From assembly GCF_030409555.1 (NCBI RefSeq), contig NZ_JAUFPU010000010.1, positions 2,183 through 26,182 on the forward strand: DNA of 24,000 nucleotides. The letters run 5' to 3'. Below are positions 1 through 8,630 of the stretch, in pieces. Source of the DNA: Chitinimonas viridis (GTDB lineage Bacteria; Pseudomonadota; Gammaproteobacteria; Burkholderiales; Chitinimonadaceae). Within the stretch, counting starts at the first letter, position 1. The number at the start of each line of letters is the position of its first letter. Both the position numbers and the translations under genes were made by a program. The notes below the pieces were generated by a model that saw nothing but the letters and a program-made list of their open reading frames with translations, was not told where the DNA came from and ran no database searches.

Positions 1-4
1 CACG

Positions 5-502
5 ATGACTGCCTATAGCAACCCTGATTTCACGAACAAACTTTGTCCTCCTGAACAACTCGCAGAGCGGATCGCCCGCCTGCCCCGGCCCTTGGTGTTC
101 ACCAATGGCTGCTTCGATATCCTGCACAGGGGCCACGTGACCTATCTGGCCCAGGCGCGTGCGCTGGGTGCGGCCATGGTGGTGGCGGTGAATACCGATG
201 CTTCGGTACGGCGCCTGGGCAAGGGGGATGACAGGCCCATCAACCCGACCGAGCACCGTGCTGCCGTACTGGCTGCACTGGCTTCGGTCGACCTGGTGAC
301 CTGGTTTGACGCCGATACACCCATTGCCGAGATACTGGCAGTACAGCCCGATATCCTGGTGAAGGGGGGCGACTGGCAGCCCGACAAGATAGTGGGCAGC
401 ACTGAAGTGCTGGCGCGCGGCGGGCAGGTGCATTCCATCCCATTCCTGTTTGATACCTCCACTACCCAGACCCTGCGCAAGATACGCGCCGCAGAGGGCT
501 GA
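5..502 (+). CDS. hldC: D-glycero-beta-D-manno-heptose 1-phosphate adenylyltransferase (RfaE domain II type, stand-alone)
   Basis: ORF 5..502 with an ATG start. It has the cytidylyltransferase-like nucleotidyltransferase signature FTNGCFDILHRGH. The 165 aa length fits a split hldA/hldC arrangement. Confidence 0.88.
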   Translation: MTAYSNPDFTNKLCPPEQLAERIARLPRPLVFTNGCFDILHRGHVTYLAQARALGAAMVVAVNTDASVRRLGKGDDRPINPTEHRAAVLAALASVDLVTWFDADTPIAEILAVQPDILVKGGDWQPDKIVGSTEVLARGGQVHSIPFLFDTSTTQTLRKIRAAEG

Positions 503-506
503 ACTC

Positions 507-1832
507 ATGGTGAAGGAGTTGCAACGTACACCGCTATACGAGTTCATTGAGGAGTTTCAGCGGCTGGGCCTGGGTGAAACCCATCTTCTGAGTCAGGCGC
601 TGGCCCTGCTGGGGTGTGCCCTGCTGGCCTGGGTGGCCAGCCGTGTGCTGCAGCCGCGCTTGCGGCAGGCGGGGTTGGCGCGCTGGCGCGTCAGTTCCGA
701 GGGTATGGCACGGGTGATGTATCCCGTGCTGTTCTGGCTGTTTGTGGAACTGGTGATCGTGTTCTGGCCCAGCGGCCAGAGCGTGACCCTGTTGCGCCTG
801 GGTTCCAGCCTGCTGTCGGTACTAGTCATCGTGCGTACGGTGGCCTACCTGCTGCAGGAGTCGTTTATCCAGTCGGAGTGGGTGAAGAAGGCGGTGCGCC
901 TGCTGGCCTGGCTGATCTGGCTGGTGTTTGCCCTGCATATTACCGGTGTGCTGCCCGAGATACAGAGGCTACTCGACAGCGTGGCCTTTGCCATGGGCAA
1001 GCAGCGGATCTCGCTGCTGATGGTGGTGAATGGCGGGCTGTCGGTGGCGGTCACCATGCTGGTGGCGGTCTGGCTCGGTCGTCTGGCTGAGCGGCGGGTG
1101 ATGTCGGCCACCTCGCTGGATTTGAGCTTCCGGGTGGTGGCCACCAAGGTGATGCGTACCGTCCTGGTGGTGGTGGGGGTGATGATAGCCCTGCCTATCG
1201 TCGGCATAGACCTGACGGTGCTGTCGGTATTTGGCGGTGCGCTGGGCGTCGGCCTGGGCTTTGGCCTGCAGAAGATTGCCAGCAACTATGTGTCGGGTTT
1301 CATCATCCTGCTGGATGGGTCGGTGCGCATAGGCGATCTGGTGAATATCGAAGGCCGCCAGGGCAGCATATCGGGTATTACCTCGCGCTATGTGGTGCTC
1401 AAGCTGGGCGATGGCTCCGAGGCCATCATCCCGAACGAGGCCCTGATCACGTCGACCGTGCTCAATCTGTCGCATTCGGACAGCAAGCAGCGGGTGGTCC
1501 TGCCCATACAGGTGGCCTATGACAGCGATCTTGAGGCAGTGGGCGCGCTGCTGGTGGCGCAAACCCAGGGCGAGGAGCGGATATTGGCCGAGCCTGAACC
1601 TGCCTTCTTTGTCAGGGGGTTTGGTGAGAGCGGCATAGACCTGGAGCTGGCTTTCTGGATAGGGGATTCGGACAAGGGAACGTTAGCCCTGCGTTCTGAT
1701 CTGAACATGAAGATCTGGCGGGCTTTCCGCGAGCACGGCATAGAAATTCCCTATCCGCGTCGCGATCTGCATCTGATTGCTGCGGCGCAGGATAAGAACT
1801 TTGCCCTGGATCAAACTTCGAGCACGCGCTAG
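507..1832 (+). CDS. Mechanosensitive ion channel, MscS family
   Basis: Track ORF 450..1832 trimmed to ATG 507. The 450 start is a TTG inside hldC. GAGGG lies 8 nt upstream of the ATG, and the ATG sits 4 nt after the hldC stop. Several hydrophobic helices are followed by an MscS-like beta domain (GDLVNIEGRQGSISGITSRYVVLKLGDGSEAIIPNEALITSTVLNLS). Confidence 0.85.
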   Translation: MVKELQRTPLYEFIEEFQRLGLGETHLLSQALALLGCALLAWVASRVLQPRLRQAGLARWRVSSEGMARVMYPVLFWLFVELVIVFWPSGQSVTLLRLGSSLLSVLVIVRTVAYLLQESFIQSEWVKKAVRLLAWLIWLVFALHITGVLPEIQRLLDSVAFAMGKQRISLLMVVNGGLSVAVTMLVAVWLGRLAERRVMSATSLDLSFRVVATKVMRTVLVVVGVMIALPIVGIDLTVLSVFGGALGVGLGFGLQKIASNYVSGFIILLDGSVRIGDLVNIEGRQGSISGITSRYVVLKLGDGSEAIIPNEALITSTVLNLSHSDSKQRVVLPIQVAYDSDLEAVGALLVAQTQGEERILAEPEPAFFVRGFGESGIDLELAFWIGDSDKGTLALRSDLNMKIWRAFREHGIEIPYPRRDLHLIAAAQDKNFALDQTSSTR

Positions 1833-1890
1833 GTGATTGATTTGCCGTAGAATCCCGTCGTCTGCTTATATTCCTTTACAAGGAACACCC

Positions 1891-3087
1891 ATGCTCTCTT
1901 GGCTTAATGGCCTGATCGATCTGCCTTGGTGGGGTTACATTGTTGTTACCCTGGTACTTACCCATATCACCATCGCATCGGTAACCATCTTCTTGCATCG
2001 CCACCAGGCGCACCGCGCACTGGATCTGCACGCTATTCCCAGCCATTTCTTCCGCTTCTGGCTGTGGCTGACCACTGGCATGGTGACCAAGGAGTGGGCT
2101 GCCATCCACCGCAAGCACCACGCCCGTTGCGAGACTGAGGAAGACCCGCACAGCCCCCAGGTGCTGGGCATCAAGAAGGTGTTCTTTGAGGGTGCCGAGC
2201 TCTACCGTGCTGAGTCGAAGAACCGCGAAACCATGGAGAAGTTCGGCCATGGCACGCCGGATGACTGGCTGGAGCGCAATCTCTACGCCAAGCGCAGTGT
2301 CTGGGGTGTGGTCACCATGGCGGTGTTGGATCTGCTGCTGTTCGGTGCCAACGGTATCTGGATGTGGGCTGTGCAGATGCTTTGGATACCGGTGACGGCT
2401 GCCGGCATCATCAACGGTATTGGTCACTACTGGGGCTACCGCAATTTCGAGAATGAAGATGCCTCCCGCAATATCGTCCCCTGGGGCATCCTGATCGGTG
2501 GTGAGGAGCTGCATAACAATCACCATACCTTTGGTACCTCGGCCAAGCTGTCGAACAAGGCTTGGGAGTTCGATATAGGCTGGATGTATATCCGTATACT
2601 GGAGTTGCTGGGCCTGGCCAAAGTACGTCGGGTGGCGCCGTCAGTGCGCGAGGTGGCGCCCAAGCCCCAGGCGGACTTCGATACCCTGCAGGCCATCATT
2701 GCCAACCGCTACGAGATTGCCTCGGCCTATGCTCGCCAGTTGAAGGCGACGGTAGCCGGAGAGCTGGAGCAGTTGCGCGAACACGCACCGCATATCTCGC
2801 AGTTCCAGTTCAACCCCAAGCGGGCGATGAAGCGCTGGCTCAAGCAGGATCGCAAGGACACGCCACTGGCGGACCAGGCCAAGCTGGATGCCTTGCTGGC
2901 AGAATCCAAGGTGTTGGACACCGTCTACAACATGCGGCAGGAGCTGACGGCTTTGTGGGAGCGTTCCTCGTCGTCCAAAGAGCAGTTGCTGAAGCAGCTG
3001 CAGGACTGGTGCGCACGTGCTGAGGCCAGCGGGATTGAAGCCTTGCGCGATTTCTCGCTGCGACTGCGCGGCGTGGCGCTGGCATAA
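1891..3087 (+). CDS. desA: Membrane fatty-acid (delta-9 type) desaturase, DesA-like, with a hydrophilic C-terminal extension
   Basis: Track ORF 1837..3087 trimmed to ATG 1891, with AGGAA at 1881-1885. It carries the three histidine boxes of membrane desaturases: HRHQAH, HRKHH and HNNHH. N-terminal TM helices are present. The ~398 aa length resembles Pseudomonas DesA. Confidence 0.82.
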   Translation: MLSWLNGLIDLPWWGYIVVTLVLTHITIASVTIFLHRHQAHRALDLHAIPSHFFRFWLWLTTGMVTKEWAAIHRKHHARCETEEDPHSPQVLGIKKVFFEGAELYRAESKNRETMEKFGHGTPDDWLERNLYAKRSVWGVVTMAVLDLLLFGANGIWMWAVQMLWIPVTAAGIINGIGHYWGYRNFENEDASRNIVPWGILIGGEELHNNHHTFGTSAKLSNKAWEFDIGWMYIRILELLGLAKVRRVAPSVREVAPKPQADFDTLQAIIANRYEIASAYARQLKATVAGELEQLREHAPHISQFQFNPKRAMKRWLKQDRKDTPLADQAKLDALLAESKVLDTVYNMRQELTALWERSSSSKEQLLKQLQDWCARAEASGIEALRDFSLRLRGVALA

Positions 3088-3106
3088 TACGGTCCATATC
3101 TTGCCC

Positions 3107-3133
3107 GGGGCGGCTGATCAGCCGCCCCTTTTG
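3107..3133 (+). terminator. Rho-independent terminator after the desaturase gene
   Basis: Perfect hairpin GGGGCGGCTGATCAGCCGCCCC (3107-3128) followed by TTTTG. Confidence 0.7.
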
Positions 3134-3209
3134 CATTCAGGGCATTCCCGTTTTCGTCTCGATGGGAAGTCGAGTCTTCTGGGGATCCCTTTCAAGCCCG
3201 AGGAAAAAC

Positions 3210-3560
3210 ATGTCCATACAGCGCTATCACGTTGGCCCCCGCCTGTCTGAAATCGTCGTCCACAACAATACCGTCTACCTGGCCGGCCAAGTGGCCGAGG
3301 CGACCTTGGCGGACGGCGCCAAGGCCCAGACTGAGGAGATACTGGGCATGATAGACAGGCTGCTGGGCGAGGTTGGAAGCGACAAGACCAAGATACTGAC
3401 TGCCCAGATCTGGCTTGCCGATATAGCGGATTACGATGCCATGAACGAAGCCTGGTCTGCCTGGGTGCCGCAAGGCCATACCCCGGCCCGCGCCACGGTA
3501 GAATCACGCCTGGCCACGCCTGAGTACAAGGTAGAGATCAAGATCGTCGCCGCACTGTAA
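3210..3560 (+). CDS. RidA/YjgF/UK114 family protein (reactive intermediate deaminase family)
   Basis: Track ORF 3162..3560 trimmed to ATG 3210, with GAGGA at 3200-3204. The 116 aa length and sequence (VYLAGQV ... AQIWLADIADYDAMNEAWSAWV ... PARATVE) are typical of the YjgF/RidA fold. Confidence 0.85.
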   Translation: MSIQRYHVGPRLSEIVVHNNTVYLAGQVAEATLADGAKAQTEEILGMIDRLLGEVGSDKTKILTAQIWLADIADYDAMNEAWSAWVPQGHTPARATVESRLATPEYKVEIKIVAAL

Positions 3561-3583
3561 GTGTTACGGCCCGTACGAACCCG

Positions 3584-3620
3584 GCCCCCATTGCTTTTTG
3601 CTGTGGGGGCTTTGTTTTTC
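3584..3620 (+). terminator. Rho-independent terminator after the ridA-family gene
   Basis: Stem GCCCCCA (3584-3590) pairs with TGGGGGC (3604-3610), followed by TTTGTTTTT. Confidence 0.65.
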
Positions 3621-3637
3621 CCACTATGCTGTAAGCC

Positions 3638-4255
3638 ATGGAAACCTCTACCTTTATCTCCGCCACCATCCTGCTGATCCTGGTCACTGATCCGCTGGGC
3701 AATATCCCTTTGTTCATCGGCTTGCTCCGGCAGGTGGATCCGGCGCGGCGGCGGCGCATCATCATCCGGGAAGTCTGCCTGGCTTTCGGCATCCTGCTGT
3801 TCTTCTTGTTCTTTGGCCGGCAGGTGCTGGCGGTCATGCATCTGAGCGAAACTTCGCTGGGTATAGCGGGTGGGGTGATCCTGTTCCTGATTTCGCTCAA
3901 GATGATATTCCCGCATCCGGAGGGGGCATTTGCCCACCAGGTGAAGGGTGAACCCTTTCTGGTGCCCCTGGCCATCCCTTTCATTGCCGGCCCTTCCGCC
4001 ATTGCCACCGTGTTGCTGCTGGTCGCCCGCGAGCCGCATCGCCAATTGGAGTGGATAGGCGCGCTGACCGTGGCCATGCTGGTTTCGGCCGTGGTGCTCG
4101 GTTTTGCCGAGCGTATTGCCGACTTCCTGGGTGAGCAGGTCACCATGGCCTTCGAGCGGCTGATGGGCCTGATACTGACGGCGATCGCCATCGAGATGCT
4201 GTTGAGCGGCATACAGGCATTCGTGCTGCAGATTCAGCGCGCAGGCACCGTATAA
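3638..4255 (+). CDS. MarC family (UPF0056) integral membrane protein
   Basis: ORF 3638..4255 with an ATG start. It encodes 205 aa with about six hydrophobic helices and the N-terminal DPLGNIPLF signature typical of MarC/YhgN proteins. Confidence 0.82.
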   Translation: METSTFISATILLILVTDPLGNIPLFIGLLRQVDPARRRRIIIREVCLAFGILLFFLFFGRQVLAVMHLSETSLGIAGGVILFLISLKMIFPHPEGAFAHQVKGEPFLVPLAIPFIAGPSAIATVLLLVAREPHRQLEWIGALTVAMLVSAVVLGFAERIADFLGEQVTMAFERLMGLILTAIAIEMLLSGIQAFVLQIQRAGTV

Positions 4256-4288
4256 TCCGGTTTTCGCCGTCTCTTCTGGAGTAGCACC

Positions 4289-4945
4289 ATGACCCTTGAT
4301 GAAATGAAACGCGCAGCCGCCCGCGCTGCCATCGCCTTTGTCCCTGATAACTGCGTGGTGGGTGTGGGAACGGGTTCGACAGCCAATCATTTCATTGATG
4401 CGCTGGCCGAGATCAAGGGCCGCATCGACGGTGCCGTGGCCAGCTCGGAGGCTTCGGCCGCGCGCTTGAAATCGCATGGCATTGCGGTGTATGACCTCAA
4501 TGCCGTTGATAGGCTGCCCATTTATGTGGACGGTGCCGATGAGATCAATCGCCACCTGCATGCCGTCAAAGGCGGTGGCGCCGCCTTGACCCGGGAAAAA
4601 ATCGTGGCTGCCGTGGCCGAGAAGTTTGTCTGCATCGCCGATGAAACCAAGCTAGTGGATGTCCTGGGCAAGTTCCCCTTACCGGTGGAGGTGATACCCA
4701 TGGCACGCAGCCATGTGGCGCGCGAGCTGGTACAACTGGGTGGGCGCCCGGTCTACCGCGAGGGGGTGATTACCGATAACGGCAATGTGATACTGGACGT
4801 GCATGGCCTGGCCATTGCCGAGCCGGGCAAGCTGGAAGGCGAGATCAACCAGATCGTGGGTGTGGTGACCAACGGGCTGTTTGCACGGCGGCGTGCTGAT
4901 GTGCTGTTGCTAGGTACCGCCACTGGCGTGCAGACCTACCAGTAA
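4289..4945 (+). CDS. rpiA: Ribose-5-phosphate isomerase A
   Basis: ORF 4289..4945 with GGAG at 4278-4281. It is collinear with E. coli RpiA as I recall it: [26 protein letters not shown] and [13 protein letters not shown]. Confidence 0.95.
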   Translation: MTLDEMKRAAARAAIAFVPDNCVVGVGTGSTANHFIDALAEIKGRIDGAVASSEASAARLKSHGIAVYDLNAVDRLPIYVDGADEINRHLHAVKGGGAALTREKIVAAVAEKFVCIADETKLVDVLGKFPLPVEVIPMARSHVARELVQLGGRPVYREGVITDNGNVILDVHGLAIAEPGKLEGEINQIVGVVTNGLFARRRADVLLLGTATGVQTYQ

Positions 4946-4951
4946 GTTGGC

Positions 4952-4986
4952 GCGCAGGCCTGGTCACGCCAGGCCGGTTGCTGCGC
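4952..4986 (+). terminator. GC-rich hairpin downstream of rpiA (possible terminator, no clear T-tract)
   Basis: Inner stem GGCCTGG (4957-4963) pairs with CCAGGCC (4969-4975). Outer stem GCGCAG pairs with CTGCGC (4981-4986). No U-run follows, so function is uncertain. Confidence 0.3.
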
Positions 4987-4988
4987 TA

Positions 4989-5007
4989 CTTGTAAGAAAA
5001 ATGTCAC
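4989..5007 (+). promoter_or_regulatory. Candidate Pho box (PhoB-binding site) upstream of phoU
   Basis: CTTGTAAGAAAAATGTCAC reads as TTGTAAG-AAAA-ATGTCAC against the consensus CTGTCAT-AWAW-CTGTCAY. That is 10 of 14 repeat positions plus an A-rich 4-nt spacer, 85 nt upstream of the phoU ATG. No well-spaced -10 element was seen. Confidence 0.22.
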
Positions 5008-5091
5008 GGAAAATTCGTTTGGCGCTGGGCATGGCTCGTGCCAAGCTAGCGCCGTGAGGGATAGACCCCAGTCCGAAGAGGGAAGCACACC

Positions 5092-5790
5092 ATGTCCGAA
5101 CATATTTCCAAGCAGTTCGATGTAGAGCTGGAAACCGCACGCGGCAAGATACTGGCCATGGCCGGCCTGGTGGAGGAGCAGTTTCGCGACGCCATGAGGG
5201 CGCTGGAGACCGGTGACGCCGAGATGATAGACAAGGTCATCGAAACCGAGAACCAGGTCAACACCATGCACATGGAGATAGACGATGACTGCATGCATAT
5301 CATCGCCCGTCGCCAGCCTGCAGCCAGCGATTTGCGCATGGTATTGACTGTCAACAAGGTGGTGAACGATCTGGAGCGCATAGGCGACAAGGCCTGCAAG
5401 ATCGCCCGCCGTGCCCGCCTGATCTATGAAGGTGGGCGCATCAATGTGCCGCGCCTGTCCGACCTGACCTATCAGTCCAATATCGCCCTGACCATGCTGC
5501 GTACCGCACTGGATGGCTTTGCCCGGCTGGACCCCAGCGTTGCCGGCCAGGTGGCGCGCGAGGACATCAAGCTGGACGAGGAATTCAAGGCCATACAGCG
5601 GCAGCTGATTACCTACATGATGGAAGACCCGCGCACCATCACCCTGGCGCTGGAGATCATCGAGATTGCCAAGGCCATCGAGCGCGTGGGCGACCATGCC
5701 AAGAATATTGCCGAGTATGTGGTCTACCTGGTCAAGGGCATCGACGTGCGCCACAGCCCGCTGGAAGAGATAGAGAAGCAGGCTTCTTAA
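5092..5790 (+). CDS. phoU: Phosphate signalling complex protein PhoU
   Basis: ORF 5092..5790 with GAGGGAAG at 5078-5085. It has the two PhoU repeats with RRQPAASDLRMV ... LERIGD and ... IERVGDHAKNIAEYVVYLVKG, collinear with E. coli PhoU as I recall it. Confidence 0.93.
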   Translation: MSEHISKQFDVELETARGKILAMAGLVEEQFRDAMRALETGDAEMIDKVIETENQVNTMHMEIDDDCMHIIARRQPAASDLRMVLTVNKVVNDLERIGDKACKIARRARLIYEGGRINVPRLSDLTYQSNIALTMLRTALDGFARLDPSVAGQVAREDIKLDEEFKAIQRQLITYMMEDPRTITLALEIIEIAKAIERVGDHAKNIAEYVVYLVKGIDVRHSPLEEIEKQAS

Positions 5791-5808
5791 GTCTATTTGC
5801 GCATATCA

Positions 5809-5840
5809 GGCCCCTCGTTTGCACGGGGGGCTTGTTTTTT
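5809..5840 (+). terminator. Rho-independent terminator after phoU
   Basis: Stem GCCCC (5810-5814) pairs with GGGGC within CGGGGGGC (to 5831), followed by TTGTTTTTT. Confidence 0.6.
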
Positions 5841-5892
5841 GTCTGGCCGCTTCCGACAATCCGCCCATCCCCGCCTCGCTAGAAGAAGACCG

Positions 5893-7389
5893 ATGAGTCC
5901 CTCGCACACCATAGCCGCCGTCGATCTTGGCTCCAACAGCTTCCGCCTGCAGGTGGCGCGCGTGGTGGAGGATCATATCTATCCGCTGGATGCCTTGAAG
6001 GACACGGTACGCTTTGCCGCTGCCCTGGATGGCCAGGGGCGCCTGAACGACAAGGGCCAGCAGCGTGCATTGGCGGCATTGGCGCGGTTTGGCGAGCGCC
6101 TGCGTGGCATGGCGCCCGAGCATGTGCGCGTGGTGGCAACCAACACCCTCCGGGTGGCCAAGAACGCCAGTGACTTCCTGCCACGCGCCGAGGCGGCACT
6201 GGGCTTTCCCATCGAGGTCATAGCCGGCCGCGAAGAGGCACGCCTGATCTATATCGGCGCGGCCCACTCCCTGCCTGCCAGCAAGGAGCGACGGCTGGTG
6301 GTGGATATCGGTGGCGGCTCTACCGAGTTTATCGTCGGCCAGCAGTACAAGCCGCTCAAGACTGAGAGCCTGCTGATGGGCTGCGTCAGCTACAGCCTCA
6401 AATTCTTCCCCGATGGGCGCTTGACCAAGCAGGCACTGCGCGATGCTGAGCTGGCTGCCCGCAGCGAGTTGCAGGCCATCGTCCAGGATTTCAACCATGA
6501 GCACTGGCAGCTGGCGATCGGTACCTCCGGCACTGCCCGCTCGCTCAGCGATATCATGGAGATGAACCGGCTGACCGAGAGCGGCATTACGGCTGCGGGC
6601 ATGGAGAAGCTGCGCGAGATCATGCTCAAGGCCGGACACATAGACAGTGTGAATCTGGATGGCCTGCGGGCGGACCGGCGACCGGTACTGCCTGGCGGGT
6701 TTGCCATCATGGCGGCGGTGTTTGCCGAGCTGGGGGTGGACAAGATGGGCATCACCCTGGGGGCGTTGCGTGATGGCGTGCTGTACGACCTGATAGGCCG
6801 CCAGCATCAGCGTGATCTGCGCGAAGTGACGGTAGCCCAGTTCAAGCGCCGATACCATGTCGACATGGCCCAGCAGAACCGGGTGGCCGCCCTGGCCGAG
6901 CATTTCTACCGGCAGCTGGCCGCCAGCATGGGCCTGGATGCAGAGCAGGATCTCAATCTCTTGCAGTGGGCATCGCGCCTGCACGAAATCGGCCTGTCGG
7001 TTTCGCATTCCAGTTATCACAAGCACTCGGCCTATATCCTGCAGCATGCCGACATGCCGGGTTTCTCCAGCCATGAGCAAGCCCGATTGGCGTTGCTGGT
7101 GCTAGGCCATAAGGGTGGGCTGAAGAAGCTGGGCAGTGGCCATGCGCGTGACCGTTGGGCCAGGGTGTTGTCGCTGCGGTTGGCTGTGCTGTGCTGCCGC
7201 AGCCGTACCGACCGCCCTTTGCCGCCTGTGCAACTGGTGGCACTGGGCAATGGTTTCAGCCTGACGGCAGAAGACGACTGGCTGGCGAATAATCCCCTTA
7301 CCCACACTGCGCTGCTGCAAGAGGCAGAGGAGTGGCGCGAGATTGGCCAGGTGCTGCAGCTATCCAGTAATTTCCTGCACTGGAGCTGA
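5893..7389 (+). CDS. ppx: Exopolyphosphatase / guanosine pentaphosphate phosphohydrolase family (Ppx/GppA)
   Basis: Track ORF 5797..7389 trimmed to ATG 5893; the upstream part runs through the phoU terminator. It has the actin-like ATPase motifs AAVDLGSNSFRL and VVDIGGGSTEF. The C-terminal HD-like region includes LHEIGLSVSHSSYHKHSAYIL. Confidence 0.9.
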   Translation: MSPSHTIAAVDLGSNSFRLQVARVVEDHIYPLDALKDTVRFAAALDGQGRLNDKGQQRALAALARFGERLRGMAPEHVRVVATNTLRVAKNASDFLPRAEAALGFPIEVIAGREEARLIYIGAAHSLPASKERRLVVDIGGGSTEFIVGQQYKPLKTESLLMGCVSYSLKFFPDGRLTKQALRDAELAARSELQAIVQDFNHEHWQLAIGTSGTARSLSDIMEMNRLTESGITAAGMEKLREIMLKAGHIDSVNLDGLRADRRPVLPGGFAIMAAVFAELGVDKMGITLGALRDGVLYDLIGRQHQRDLREVTVAQFKRRYHVDMAQQNRVAALAEHFYRQLAASMGLDAEQDLNLLQWASRLHEIGLSVSHSSYHKHSAYILQHADMPGFSSHEQARLALLVLGHKGGLKKLGSGHARDRWARVLSLRLAVLCCRSRTDRPLPPVQLVALGNGFSLTAEDDWLANNPLTHTALLQEAEEWREIGQVLQLSSNFLHWS

Positions 7390-7390
7390 G

Positions 7391-8449
7391 ATGGCCAAGA
7401 AGCGGCGCCTGCTGGCCCACCATGCGGCCAAGCCGGCTGGCAATCATGTCGATGCGCAGGCCGAGACGCTGGCCACCTTGATTGAGTATGGCCCGGGCGA
7501 GCATGACCTCCGGGAAACCTGCTTTACCTCGCTGGCGCAGGGGCAGGGCTTCCAGCCTAGTCACGGGACCTTGTGGCTGAATATCCATGGCCTGGGCAAC
7601 CATGCCTTGCTGCAGGAGGTGGCACGGCGCTTCAAGCTGCACCCACTGACGCTGGAGGACATACTCAATACCGGCCAGCGCAGCAAGGTCGAGACCTTCG
7701 AGCACTACCTCTATATCGTGGCCAAGCTGGCCCGCTTCGATGACGCAAGTGGCTGCGTACTGACCGAGCAGATTTCCATCGTACTGGGACGTGGCTGGGT
7801 GCTGACCTTCCAGGAGCATCCCAGCGGCACCTTTGGCGAAGTGCGTGACCAGTTGCGCAAAGGCGCAGGGCAGGTGCGCAGGCTGGGAGCCGATTACCTG
7901 GTCTATGCCTTGCTGGACAAGCTGGTCGACCGCTATTTCGGGGTGCTGGAAGCACTGGGGGAGCGGGTGGAGACGCTGGAGGACGTGGTACTGGAGAGCC
8001 CCAAGCCCGAGGTGCTGACCCATATCCACGCCTTGCGCCGCGAGATGTTGTATCTGCGGCGAGCCCTGTGGCCCATGCGCGAGGTATTGAATGCCCTGCA
8101 GCGTGACGATGCAGATTTCTTCCTGAGCGAGACGCAGATTTATCTGCGCGATGTCTATGACCATGCCGTACATCTGATCGAGGCGCAGGAAATGCTGCGC
8201 GACATGATAGGCAGCCTGACCGATTTCTATATGTCCAATCAGGGCAATCGGCTGAACCGGGAAATGCGGATGCTGACGGTGATCGCCACCATCTTTATGC
8301 CGCTGACCTTTATTGCTGGCGTTTATGGCATGAACTTCGAGTACATGCCGGAACTGAAGTGGCACTATGGCTATGCCACGGTGCTGGCACTGATGGCGAC
8401 CCTGGGCCTGGGGATGGGCTTGTTCTTCTGGCGGCGACGCTGGCTATAG
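7391..8449 (+). CDS. corA: Magnesium/cobalt transporter CorA
   Basis: Track ORF 7343..8449 trimmed to ATG 7391, 1 nt after the ppx TGA, with GGAG at 7382-7385. The YGMNF (GMN) motif lies between two C-terminal TM helices. Confidence 0.9.
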   Translation: MAKKRRLLAHHAAKPAGNHVDAQAETLATLIEYGPGEHDLRETCFTSLAQGQGFQPSHGTLWLNIHGLGNHALLQEVARRFKLHPLTLEDILNTGQRSKVETFEHYLYIVAKLARFDDASGCVLTEQISIVLGRGWVLTFQEHPSGTFGEVRDQLRKGAGQVRRLGADYLVYALLDKLVDRYFGVLEALGERVETLEDVVLESPKPEVLTHIHALRREMLYLRRALWPMREVLNALQRDDADFFLSETQIYLRDVYDHAVHLIEAQEMLRDMIGSLTDFYMSNQGNRLNREMRMLTVIATIFMPLTFIAGVYGMNFEYMPELKWHYGYATVLALMATLGLGMGLFFWRRRWL

Positions 8450-8471
8450 TGATGCACCTTGGTGGTGCGAC

Positions 8472-8520
8472 TGCACTGTTGCAGTGCACAATTTCTGCTG
8501 GTGTTTTTCTGTTTTTTCTT
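8472..8520 (+). terminator. Possible corA terminator (hairpin plus distal T-rich tract)
   Basis: Hairpin TGCACTG-TTG-CAGTGCA (8472-8488). A T-rich run GGTGTTTTTCTGTTTTTTCTTT starts about 12 nt later, which is non-canonical spacing. Confidence 0.35.
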
Positions 8521-8551
8521 TAAAATCCGCGACCTTGCGTATTGGCCTTAC

Positions 8552-8630
8552 CCGGTCGGTGCGCAGCATCCATCCCTACGGCACGGCCGGCAGGGGTTGA
8601 TGTCATCACCCTGGTGCCACAAGCACCGGG
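8552..8630 (+). promoter_or_regulatory. Structured leader upstream of the DMT transporter (three hairpins, two mutually exclusive)
   Basis: Hairpin A is 8552-8562 paired with 8581-8590. Hairpin B is CAGGG (8591-8595) paired with CCCTG (8609-8613) plus an inner TGA/TCA stem. Hairpin C is CCTGGTGC (8610-8617) paired with GCACCGGG (8623-8630). B and C share nt 8610-8613. Confidence 0.25.

Noticed and set aside
70-1715. Hypothesis that ATA codons after G-ending codons (GAG ATA, AAG ATA) reflect GATC avoidance.
   Set aside because: GATC is present in the same genes (for example 70-73 in CGG ATC, and 1712-1715 in AAG ATC), so there is no avoidance.
4266-4272. GCCGTCT, resembling the start of the Neisseria DNA uptake sequence GCCGTCTGAA.
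   Set aside because: Only 7 of 10 nt match, it occurs once, and the terminators here do not use it. There is no evidence for a DUS system.
8549-8557. A 9-mer, TACCCGGTC, matching part of the guanidine-III (ykkC-III) riboswitch core as I remember it.
   Set aside because: The flanking sequence lacks the rest of the ~41-nt pseudoknot consensus (no CCGGACGAGG upstream, no AGGACAAGACGG downstream). That class usually precedes SMR exporters. I treat it as a coincidence.
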